From Hydrurus foetidus (Eukaryota): a DNA stretch of 64,000 nucleotides. Numbering within the stretch: the stretch's first letter is position 1; every line of letters begins with the position of its first letter. Both the position numbers and the translations under genes were made by a program. Positions 46,602 through 57,989 of this stretch are shown piece by piece. The stretch covers positions 1-64,000 of the forward strand of contig UYFQ01000290.1 in NCBI GenBank assembly GCA_900617105.1, read 5' to 3'. The notes beneath the pieces are model-generated. The model was not told the origin of the DNA. It did not search any database and saw only the letters and a list, made by a program, of their open reading frames with translations.

Positions 46602-47084
46602 CTACCAGCCATCCTCATCTTCCGCATCCTCAGATAAAGTTTTAGCTTTAACCATCATCTCTTTACGCCATTGAGCCCTCAACTGCAACTTTTTCTCCAA
46701 AACAGCGATATCAACGTCTTTGTCCTGCATGTATGCCTTCGCAATCTGCTTCTTGAGTGATTCCTCTTCTGTAGATGGAACACCGAGTTTCTGACCAGGT
46801 TGCTCCATCATTGACTTCTTGAACTTTTCTTGTGTCTCGGTTGATAAGGAATCTCTCGAAACGTCAGCTTGATCACCAACAAACTTCACAAACGCTAGAG
46901 AGGGAATAATTGTGACGACGAACATGGCAACATATGTGGCAGTGTTTGCTTGAAGCTCGATCATCATTTTTTGCGTCGAAGACTTGGTAATCCTATTCGG
47001 TTTCATCGAGCATCTTTGGACTGAGAATGATCTTGCCATAGTCAGCGAGGATATAAAGACCACCGATAGGAGAAGATTGAACAT
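46602..47084 (-). CDS. Hypothetical single-TM protein with probable bipartite plastid targeting
   Basis: Signal peptide ending ARS-F (ASAF-like), S/T/K-rich transit region, TM segment YVAMFVVTIIPSLAFV. Confidence 0.7.
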   Translation of the reverse strand: MFNLLLSVVFISSLTMARSFSVQRCSMKPNRITKSSTQKMMIELQANTATYVAMFVVTIIPSLAFVKFVGDQADVSRDSLSTETQEKFKKSMMEQPGQKLGVPSTEEESLKKQIAKAYMQDKDVDIAVLEKKLQLRAQWRKEMMVKAKTLSEDAEDEDGW

Positions 47085-48199
47085 TTTGTAAATTTCTTGA
47101 GAGTTATGAAAGAGTTGGAGGTGAAGCTGTCTGATGTGAACTTATCGTTGCAATAGTTGCACTGCTGATGTGTTGCTAGATGAGGTTTGATGCTCATTCA
47201 TGGTCGGAACTCAACAAACATCTCCTGTTGCGGGAAGTGCGTTCGTGGCGCACACCGCCCTGTCATCGACAACGTCGAAACAATGATGACGGATGCTTTT
47301 TACTCGTCCCCCCTCAAGGTCAGGTTGAAGTTTTTATTTGAAATTTTAGGACACCGCTGTCCACCGTATATAACGGTGCCGTTGTGCCGTTGCCCATCGC
47401 AGATGCTCCGTCTAATGTCTAATGTCATGTTCTGTTTCAATCAAGATCTTGACCGGTTGAACGGACCACTCTAGAAGGCTTCGTAGATAATTTACGGCCA
47501 GGCAGTAGTATTCCTGTTTGAGAACTCGAATTGTGATCATTTATCAATTATCAATACACTATTTCGATGGTTTAAGGATATATTTACTAATATGTCAGAT
47601 TTATCACATTTTTCGAATACTTTGATCAATTAATTTATCCGAAATCTGCGAAAAAGTAGACCACCTCACCAAAACATGAGGCTTATCGAGAAATGTGACC
47701 CAAATAACGGGAAATTGATTTGCTCACTTTACAGAGAGAAAAAAACATGTATGATTGCAGTTATGTAAGTACTAGAATAAACATCGTAGCAAAGCATAAA
47801 TTTTGTGGCACGTTTGCATATTATTGCAGTAAAAGAATGTCTATTTTCTTAATTATTTTCACTGTTTTGAAGTTCACCTAAAATGTGAGCATTCAAATGT
47901 CCCGACCCTCCCCCCGCGTCTCCCTCATCTCATCTCCTTCGCATGAGTGTCCAGTCACAATGCTCGCTTATAATTGAGTTATGAATGTACCCACACGGGC
48001 ATCTTAGGTGGATAATATTGGAATTGTAAAAGCCGGACATTTCATTCTGCCTTGGTAATAGAAGTATCCACTAAGTGACTGTACGCTTCAGAATATGCAT
48101 TATCCATAAAATATCAAAACAGGTGAAATGTCCAAGTTTCTGATGACTCTTCTCAGCATAAGTCTTTATACTAAATTTTTGTGCTGAAAATGTTTAACT

Positions 48200-49118
48200 C
48201 TCCAAGGCAGATCGGAAACTTTCTACGACACGTACTTGTATGTCCAGGACTCCTGCAATCCTTCTCAAGAGCTTTCTGATGTCCTCCTCTCCTTGCTTCT
48301 CCTAAACAGCTCCTTTCTCAAAGTTAGACGCACCCTTCCAGAGCTCATCAGACGCCAGTTTACTTTCGTATCTCCTGGGTGATGTCGCAGAAATACCCAG
48401 TCTGATCCAGTAGATGTAATTCCGTACGAGGGGTATTTATTATATAGTGACAGTAATTCGTCATAATTTCGTTGTATCTTACTTCTCTGGATATCATTCC
48501 TACTTGCCAAATCTCTAAAATATTCTTGCCTGCTAGCTTCTTGCTGGCGTGCATTCATTTGAATGTCGGATTCATTTGAATGCCGGCGTCAATGTCTCCT
48601 CTCTTGGCCACCGTTTTGATGATTTTCACATTCTTACATGTAACCACCTAGTCAACAGGTCCTACCCCAATCTCCCGGAGATTTTCTTTTTGCAAACCAG
48701 TCCCCAACGATCCTTCATTTTCAAGTTGAAAGCGTCATGATGTGCTAATGCACCAAGGAGCATCGCAGTTATAAACTCTCTCATACTATACCCCACTGAT
48801 TCGCTTCAATCACAATAAAATATGAGTCGTTTTAAAAACAATTTTCACTTCTGCAGTCAGCTTCACATCTTGCAAAAAAGGGAAAGGGAATTCCAGAGCG
48901 ATCACATTAATCTGATTCGGATCATCTGACATTTTAATGAATTCCCTCCTAATCTCTTTCAAGTACAATGTTTTGTCCTGTTGTAACCGTAAAATGTCGC
49001 TGAAAGTATTACTATCATCAGTGCTTGCAAGTTGTAGATCGAGCCTACGACCAACCATGCGAGATGTGCTCCATGTGAAAGTCCGATTCGATTTGTCTTT
49101 CACCCTCATTATTTTCAA
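48200..49118 (-). pseudogene. Decayed Crinkler-type PD-(D/E)xK restriction-endonuclease-fold gene
   Basis: Across frames: REFITAMLLGA..LVCKKKISGRLGVGPVD*VVTCKNVKIIKTVAKRGDIDAGIQMN..YGITSTGSDWVFL. Contains a stop at 48648-48650 and frameshifts. Confidence 0.6.
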
Positions 49119-50681
49119 TGATGAAGAGAGTGTAGAATGAGGGGGAAATAATTAGCAATAAGGGGAGTGCGAGGTGGGATTCCATAGATGTAGAAATATA
49201 AGAAGGAATCAATCGAAATGAATTGAGAGAGTGAAAATAGGAGGCCTATGCGCGAAGATGGGGTGATAATGCGAGTGTAAAGTATAAGAAACGAAACAGA
49301 TTACAGATCTTCGCCGATGGAGTAAGAAGATACTTCAAAACGATTTAGCTGTCATCGGCACCACGGGCGCGATTGGCGCTGCGCAGTTGAAACGTCAGTG
49401 AGAAGTTAGTCAGCGGGGCAAAGAGGGTAAAACCAGATTGCAAACGCAGATAGCATTTGGAAGAATATAGGTAATATTGTAGAGTGGCACATGCAAGATG
49501 AATGCAAACAGAATGAGCACAATCAGATTCACGTCGTAATTTATCTGTAGGTGGGATCATCGTGAATGTTGTACATCTGGACAAGAACAAGCGTTAAAGA
49601 AACACCAAAAACACAATATGAGTTCATAAATTTTCGAAGATTCTAAATTTCTCCTCCTCGAGAGTACTAAACGCTGATTTGATATTTTGATTTATTCAAT
49701 GTAATGGATCTGGAAATGGCATATGGAATCTCAACTCGCCCTTTGGAATAGCGGGCCCACAAGCTCTAGAGCTTAAATTGATTCGCAATACTGAATTCAT
49801 AAACGTCATTTCCTCAAGTTTTCAATGTCAGCTTCAGTCCCATCCCCGAAATCATCAAAACTGAGGCCAGACGTAGAAGCACGCATGTCTTGCGCAAAAG
49901 TAAAAGTAGTAGCTGCAGTGGAGGAGGGTGTTGGACACACGGCAGTGAGGAGCAACCGAAGGTTAGTTCAATACTGGATTTCAATATAAGAAAGTCGTTT
50001 TTCTAATATGAATTATTATTAGGTGTGGACTTAGCAGTCGCATATACAAATGCGATGAATCCCATTCAGCTAAATAATCCAGTTATTGCTGGAAATATGC
50101 CTACTGTGGACAGAGAAGTGGTACATCACTACAACCATATCAAATGAAGTAATCCAGCATTGCTCATATGTTCATGATGATCATAGACTGTATGACTAAT
50201 GATGATAATGATGCTTGCAGCCACCTTAAATAGTACAGTAGGTGTATTCATCTCATTAAGTATTATGCAAACTGAATTTTTTTTATCGTTTGAAATAAGT
50301 GATTTGCTTTCTTCTTACAACTTAATCACATGATAATAGCTCTTCATACCCTTACCACTTATCATGACCCATAAACAGATGGGTGTGATGAGCCAAGAGT
50401 TGGTGGGAATAAAATGGTCATGGGCTCTAAGCTGGAAATTGTTTTTACAACTTGACGAGACATTTCACAAAACATGAGCTAAATGTTTTTTGTCATCAAC
50501 CCTTTCTCCACAAACTTCTTTGAAGTGATTCCAGACCCTCAGAAGCCTTATTGCATGGATACTAAATAAAGCTAAAAATCAGGAAAAAAACAACATTTTT
50601 CATACGGAAAAAGAAATACATATGTATAGGTGCTGGGCAACATTGCGAGGATAAACTTTAAATTTCAGCCACAAATGATAT

Positions 50682-50846
50682 TGAGTCGGAGTTGTGTAGT
50701 GATAGTTGTGAGGTGAGTTGAGTTGTGTAGTGATAGTTGTAAGGTGAGCGGAGTTGTGTAGTGAAAGTTGTAAGATGAGTGGAGTGAAAGTTGTAAGGTG
50801 AGTGGAGTTGTGTGATGAAAGTTGTAAGATGAAAGTTGTGTGATGG
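50682..50846. repeat. Degenerate ~31-bp GT-rich minisatellite (GAGTTGTGTAGTGATAGTTGTAAGGTGAG..)
   Basis: About five to six imperfect units. Confidence 0.85.
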
Positions 50847-51092
50847 GAGTTATTTCCCGAAAAAAATGTGCCGGGTCCTAAGGGCCATTGTTATCAAAAT
50901 GAATATCCGACCCGAATATACATTATACACTCAAAGAAAAAACGCACCCGAATATGCATGTACACTTACATTCGTCTATATTCGTTCGTGCTCGAATATA
51001 GACCCTATTTCCGCTGCTCCAATATGGGCTCCGAATAATAGGGTCCTACTCGAAATCCGATATTCGGATTTTGAGCTTTCGATAATAATATG

Positions 51093-51990
51093 TAGGGGTG
51101 GTGTACGACTTCAGAAGAGACTTCGAACCGAACAGTCGAACGAACACAAGATAGTCGGACGGACGTTTGACTAATGTCGAACAGAAGTGGGATATTGAGG
51201 AATGTATCATTTCGAACGAAAGTCGAACGAAAGTCGAACAGTTGTTCGACTCGAACAGTCGAACACCCGATGAAGAACGAAGTTGGTAGGGGTGGCTTTA
51301 TATTCGGTTGCGTCGTGCTGACAAATCAGCTTGGCGGCGTGGCTTTGAGTTTGCGGCGTGGTGTTTTATTGAATTGGCGGCGGCGTGTACCGGCTTGAAT
51401 TGGTGTTTGGAACAAAGAAGAAGTAGATGATGATGAAGAACAAGAAGAAGACGAAGCAGAAGCAGACGCAGTAGACGATGACGACGACGACGAAGAAGAG
51501 GAAGAAGAAGAGTTTTCGTCCTCAAACTCTTGGTGTAGGTCATAATCGTCGTAATCTTTCCTTTTTACACCACTGACGTTGGTGATTTTATTGCCACAGA
51601 TATGACTTGTCAAACACTTCGTGCAAAGGCACATTGAGCATTCGTCGCATCTATCGAAAGTTATAGCACTTCAGCCGTTGGCTTCGCATTGAAAGTCGGC
51701 GGCGTCACTCATTGATCCTCGAAGTGTGACGTATTAGAGATTACAAATGATCAGAGAATGAAGTCCCTTGTTGAGGACTGTAGACCCAGACACCACAGAT
51801 ACTGTATACTATATACTAGTAGTACGGTAGTCTGCACACCAGTAAGAAAGGATGGTCCGACTCTTGTTCGACATGTTCGACTTTGTTCGGCTTTGTTCGA
51901 CTTGTCCGAAATACCCGAACAAGGTCAATCAAGTCGAACCGAACAGTCGAACAGCTGTCCCGACAAAAGTCGGACCGCACACCAGCCCTA
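51093..51990. mobile_element. Non-autonomous hAT-superfamily DNA transposon, 898 bp, 8-bp TSD ATAATATG
   Basis: TIRs TAGGGGTGGTGTACG / CGCACACCAGCCCTA. ATAATATG at 51085-51092 and 51991-51998. Dense subterminal GTCGAAC/GTTCGAC motifs at both ends. Confidence 0.9.
51326..51712 (-). pseudogene. B-box-like Cys/His zinc-finger plus poly-Ser ORF fragment inside the hAT element
   Basis: MSDAADFQCEANG*SAITFDRCDECSMCLCTKCLTSHIC..., with one in-frame TGA. Confidence 0.55.
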
Positions 51991-52498
51991 ATAATATGGT
52001 ACTGTAGCCCTACCCTAACCAGGGTATAGCCCCCTGGTTCAAGATTCAACTTTCGTAGAAATGAAGGTTTTCCGGTTTTCCCGTGTGGAATTTACCGACC
52101 GCACCCGTAGTTTGTCGTTTACAGTTTGCAGCTGTGTGCTATGTGACGGTCGGTCTAGGTTCTGGGTCTAGCTTTGTAAGTGGATCAGCGATGAACACGA
52201 GCCCCAAGGTCAGGTTGATATTTAGGCCGCCTCCGCCTCACGAACCGTGAATGGAATAATCGTATTACCGAAATACTGCGTCCCGCATCATATGACGGTG
52301 AAGAAAGGAGCTGTAATTAATTAATGCTCCGCGATGTTCCTCGCTACTAGAACAATAAAAACCGCGTGGTGGGAGCAGTGTTGACGATTTACTGAACTTC
52401 AAATTTAAACTGTGAACAAACAGCCCAGCAAAGTCGAGTTTTTATGAATTTTATTTCTGTGAAATGGATATGATGTCATATGTGGCGTAAAAGCTCTA

Positions 52499-54480
52499 CT
52501 ACCGCCTCCTCTTATCTGATTCTCTATCACGGTCTCGGTCACGATCATGCCCCATCCTCGAAGACGAAGCCGAGTCGTCATCTCCGTCCCTCCTTCTTTT
52601 CCTCGCCCTATCTCTATCATCTTCAGCAGTCTGATCTTTATCAGAAGTTGCCCTCCCCTTGCCTGACTCTCTCTCGTCATCATCTCTGCCATGCGCGGCG
52701 GAACCTCTATCCCCACAATTCCTGGCAGATCCCTCCTCCCTGCCAGTGCGATCTCTGCTGCCACTTCGTCCCCTCTTCTCTCTGCTCTGATCCTTCTCGA
52801 TCCCCTTGGACCTACGGTCATCCTCTCCACCCGGCTTTGTCGCACTGTATCTGTCTGATGGATTTGCGTCGTATCTTCGGTCCCTCCGACTCCCATCGAA
52901 CCCGTGACCGTCACTACCACCCCTACTAGCACCTTCGTTTCTGTACCGGTCATTCTCATGGTATTTATCCCTCTCCCCTCTCATGTCGGGCTCCACTATG
53001 TACGATGGTTGCATCCCTTGATCCATCATCATACCGCCCTGCATCATGCCAACGGGCATTCCGAAAGGAGGCATCATACCTCCTTGAGGGAACCCATAAC
53101 TTCCTAATGGAATGACGTGAGAAGGTAGACCACTAAGGGGGTCCCAACCCATACCCGCCCCTCCCATCACATTCAGGGGTTGTGGAATGCCTGTCCAAGA
53201 AGCACCACCTGGAGGTGCTTGGGCTGTGTGGCCTTGATGATGTTGATGGTGGATAAAATTTGGAGGAGGCTGAGTAGACTGTGGTGGATAGGCTGGAGGT
53301 GCAGGAGCGCCTGGGGTAGGGAATTGTTCTGGCACTGGTACGCTTGGAGGGGCCCTACGTGGAGGTGGGGGTTGATTGATTATTACCGGGGGTAGAACGA
53401 TTTGATGGACTGCTGTCGGGACAATCCTAGGAGGCTGCGGAGGCATTGATGATATTGCAAGTGGTAGGATTGCTGCAGGCGCATATACTGGTGGTGATAC
53501 TGTGACTGCTGGTTGCAGAGTGCTTTGAGTTATTGGAGCTGATTGAAGAGGAGCTGTCTCTGTTTTTGCTGGCGGAGCTGTTACGACAGGAGCTGGGTGA
53601 TACGGTCCCAGTCCTAACTTTGCTCTCAATAACAGCTGTCTCTCACTGTAGGACTAAAAAATAATATAGTATTCAAATCGTTAGTTTTTGTTTTCAGGGG
53701 TGTTGTGTAGTTGTGGTATCACCTGCCAGGTTGCTTCGGAGAATCCGTAATTGAAATAGTCCGATAAATCCACATTCTTATTACGCCATGGATGCGACTC
53801 TAAGTTTTCTATGTCGACATCGAAGGCGGTCCTGTGATGACTAAATCGAAGACGTTTGGTTTCTTCCTTCACTTCCACTTTGACAGGTAAGTTTTCAACT
53901 TCGGCATACGAAGTTGATCCAGCTGGTGTCAAAGCCTGAGGGCGTAGGTAGGTTTTCGAACCTGACGAACATGAGGGCACAAGTGTTCGCAATAGCTCAG
54001 AATCGCAATTTAGTGGTACAGATCAATAATTGCAAATGCCGTTTCCTACTTCTATCAAAATGAGGAGTGTGTCGCCTCGGAGCTGGCGTCGTTGCACGCC
54101 CAGCATGAATCACGATCCCAGAGTCCTACACATCGATGTAAAAGCACTCATTACAATATATTCCCTCAATCAAAATTGTCGGTTGGAGTAATCGTTACAA
54201 TGACTCTCGAGTAGTCGTGACAAAATCAGTGCAATAATGCTCTAACCTCCTCCTCATCAGAATCACTGGAGTATACATCTATGTTTCCGACTGCAACTCC
54301 TTCTAAAAGGCCTTCGTCGCCTCTGTTGCTGTTACCGACAAAACCGCCGTCTTCAAGTATCACTGTCTCGTCAGTCTCGCTAAAGTTGGCGACTGGAACG
54401 ATATCTGTAGAGACTTCACCCTGTCTCTGAATATTTAGTAGAGCTTCCTCCTCGTCCACTGTTGTTGCAAACGAATCCAT
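52499..54480 (-). CDS. FIP1: Pre-mRNA 3'-end processing factor FIP1, 3 exons
   Basis: Fip1 motif AFDVDIENLESHPWRNKNVDLSDYFNYGFSEATW. Acidic N-terminus, Pro-rich middle, RD/RE-rich C-terminus. Confidence 0.9.
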
Positions 54481-54843
54481 ACTGATGATTAGAAAACAAA
54501 CTCTTCGAGCTCTGTTCACGAGCGCCACAGTTGTGAGAGCAGGCAACTTTCTAGCGCTGCTTCCTTCGTCTCCGAGACTCCGCTGGTTTCTCTGCTGCAC
54601 AGACAACGAACAGCGAACAACAGGGTCTTTCTTTCGTCTTTCCGTTTCCAGCAATAACCGACAATTTGCCATGAAAACGCGGGAATTTCTGTTTTTGCGG
54701 CATGAATACTTCCACCTCGTGAGGCCGTGCCGTGCTTGGAATGAATCCCAACTCGAACATGTAAATCGCATCATAGGATTCGTGTCGTGAAGTTGAATTT
54801 CGTTGGGAAGTATTGGAAACTCGTCACCCTTCAACTTTGCGAA

Positions 54844-55298
54844 ATGGCTACGAAGCGAAAGAAAGACTCAGACCCCCTTACCACTGATACAATGTCGAAA
54901 GCTGCGGCAAGCAGCATAAAAACTTTTGAAGTTGCTGTAGAAGATATTAGGACAAAGAAGTCAAGAACAGGTTCTGCACAGATTTATGCTTCAGCACATT
55001 GAAGACAATTGTTCATTCTATTTTAATCCGTATTTCAGTGGACATTCTTTCAAGGAAGATAAAGGAGACAAGGCAGCATCTCGATAGCTTCACAAAAGAA
55101 AAATTAACTTTCCTGGAGAGGCATAGCCAGCAAACTTCAAAGATGGAGGTTGTTTTGCAAGGCTCGCTACAAGCTGCGTCAGCCATCTCTACACGAATCT
55201 CGCAGATGGATAAAAGCTTAAAGGATATTTCTAAATATGTAACAGAGGTCAACGCGGAAATAAAAAGCGATTTACAGGCGCTTGACAAGAGTATCTGA
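54844..55298 (+). CDS. Small hypothetical coiled-coil protein, 2 exons (intron ~54971-55038)
   Basis: MATKRKK.. exon joins through GT..AG to DILSRKIKETRQHL..; divergent from FIP1. Confidence 0.6.
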
Positions 55299-56038
55299 AG
55301 TAGAGTGGCTAGAATCTTCTCGATACACTTCAAAGTCCTGAATTACATGCAATGTATTCATTAGGAGAGCAGTACTGATCTTTAGCCGCTAACATTTATC
55401 TATTGACAGACTGTTGACTAACTTCATCACAAAGTGGATACAAAATTGATGTCACTGAAAACAAGAATAGCCCACAGCTCCGGAATTATTCTTTTTTTTA
55501 CCTGTGCGAACGCTATGTAGACATCTTCAGATGAGGCAGTAGGATTCCCTCGATGTTAAGTTCTCAAATGTTCAGTAAACTCTAATAAGCTGTCGATCAT
55601 TTTAAATGGCAGAAACTCAGAGATGAATGTCTGCCAGCCCAAAGTCCTCTGCGAGCTAAGTATTTGTAAAGCCGTGTGGAAGCTTTTTCAATGCAGAAGG
55701 ATAATGCACACACTGCGGACGGACTCAGATTATCGCTCCGTCAGCTACACTTGTTTTTTTTACCACGATAGCAATGCCGACTTGCGTTACTCGAGCAATT
55801 CTGCACTACGCTTAGCGAATGACAGCAGCTTATCGGGCGTACCCACAATTACATAAATGTTTTGAGAAATGCATCTCCATGCTCTGATATCATTTCTCGT
55901 TGTACTCCGTGCTTGTAGTCACTTCAACATTAGGACGACTGACACGTTTTCAACGAAGGATCTGCATGACAGATAGTCGCAAATCTGATCTAACAGCAAA
56001 TTTGATTACCAATTTTAAAAATTACAGTATCCAAATAT

Positions 56039-57717
56039 CTACTTTCTGCTCCTTCTCCTTTCGGGAAATTTGAGCGGCACAGACAAATCAGCGAAGTTCA
56101 TAACAGACGGTTCACCATCAGCGTTTGCTTTACTGGTACCAGAGAATGCTTTTCGAATCTTGCAGCCCAACTCCTTCGCTAATCCGCCGAGCATTAGAGG
56201 TGTCAGCTTGAGATCCTACAACACGGGTACAGTTGATGTTAACTATTGATTTTTCTTCGGTAAATGTGAAGAAAACAGCTGTTATAGGGATTTCCTAAGA
56301 GAACATTTGACTAATAAAGAGTGATAACTGTTGTTCTCAGCGGTCGTTTTTAAGTGCGAAAATGCGATATTCCTGTTTTGTTGTGACTTCTACAATATAA
56401 AGTATAATTGAAAGTCAAGTTATGCCTGACGATAATGAACCTTTTGTGAAACATACCTTCGCCATGAAATTTAAGTTCAGCGAGAAGTCATTGATTGTGA
56501 GTCCAACCACGATAGTGTGCAGGAGTAGTTTATCGCTGCGAAATATGTAATGAGATATTGCATTCAGAAATCATTCCATCCAGTACTTTTCAAGATAAAA
56601 CAAAATTTAAAAAAGCATTCAATACAGTACTTATCAAAAGATGATAAAAAATAACGTACATATTCGCTTTACTGCATTGTATTGAAGGCTTGCCCTTTAT
56701 TGTCTGACGTATGCAGAACGTATCAGCAAAGTAGTCAAGTACGTCAGCTGGTGCCCCTGATAGCTCTCTAGCAAGATCGTCTATACTCACACTTCGATCA
56801 TATGATGATACCAACTTCAGATAGAAACGAAGCATATAATGAAGCAGTAATATCCGAGATACTGATACACAAAACTGATCCGCAAATTTCTTGGTCGCCT
56901 TCCCTTCTTCAACCGGAAGACTGCGCAATGATGAACTGACCAATGACGATGTCATTTCACTTCCTAATCGTTGAACCCACGAGAAAATATCCAGCTTCGA
57001 ACCTCTCTCAGATGATGATGCACGCATCATCTCTGAGTTCATGATCTGATAGCGTTCCTTTAGTGCATTGTTCAAAGCGACAGAGATGAGACTCTTAACA
57101 GGATAGGCATCTTCTACCGCCAATGCCTGCACGTCAAATTCAGGTAACAGCATCAATCGGTTCTTCTCCAGAGCATCTTCAGCCGCATTTACTAGTACTG
57201 AATTTGCATCAGTTTCATCAATTTGGCTAGCCATCGCTGATTCGACGGCGCTGGCACCGGCGATATTTTCAGAAGAGATGATGTTTGACTGAGCTGCCTT
57301 GAGAGCTCTTTTCTTCTTCCTACTACCAAACTCCTCCGTCAGCGATTGTCTCCGCTCCGCATTCGTCATGGATAAGCTCCTCACAGGTACTCTGTTGTTC
57401 TCAAACTGAGGTTTCATCACGAAGATGTGATCGGCTTGGAAGATAGTCATTTCCTTGGAACCGTTTGGAAGAAATCCTACAGCGAATTTGCAGCTATCAT
57501 TCTTCCTTGAGTTATCGCCGATATCATCACCTTTATACTTAGTCCCATTTAAATCCGCCAAAACCAAATGCTTTCTTTTCTTTCCCTCCCCCTTCTCACC
57601 GAAGATAATTTGCATGTCATCTCCATCGCCTGGTACTCCCTGCGGAAAAGCGACGAGAAGAGGCAGGCCCCCATCATCATAGCTCCGGACACTCACAGTC
57701 ACCCTACTAGATGACAT
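56039..57717 (-). CDS. RPA49: RNA polymerase I subunit A49 / PAF53, 3 exons
   Basis: CKFAVG, RRQSLTEEFGSRKKKRAL, LLPEFD..A..VEDAYP, and C-terminal DLKLT..AKELGC..AELR..LSAP-like segments in the downstream exons. Confidence 0.85.
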
Positions 57718-57989
57718 CTCAGATATCAGGAGGAACAAGCAGTTGTTAGCAACTTTGGTGCCTTCTAGTAGGCGTAACCACTCTGTCTTAGCATTCAACC
57801 ATTCCATTGGATGATGAAAAAGGGATTCGGGAATGACCGACTAAATCATGCTGGAACCGGATTATTTCCAGCACTATACGGTAGTATACCGAATCCTTCA
57901 CCGTTCACCGTAAACCTCATACCGGTACCTACTTCAGAAGTCAAAACTCTAAACTTAAACTTCAGTTTGTACCATAGCATAGAGCATAG

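Noticed and set aside
21421..57717. Functional cluster of transcription/RNA-processing genes (RPC11, MRM1, FIP1, RPA49)
   Set aside because: They are spread over 36 kb among unrelated genes, as expected by chance in a compact genome.
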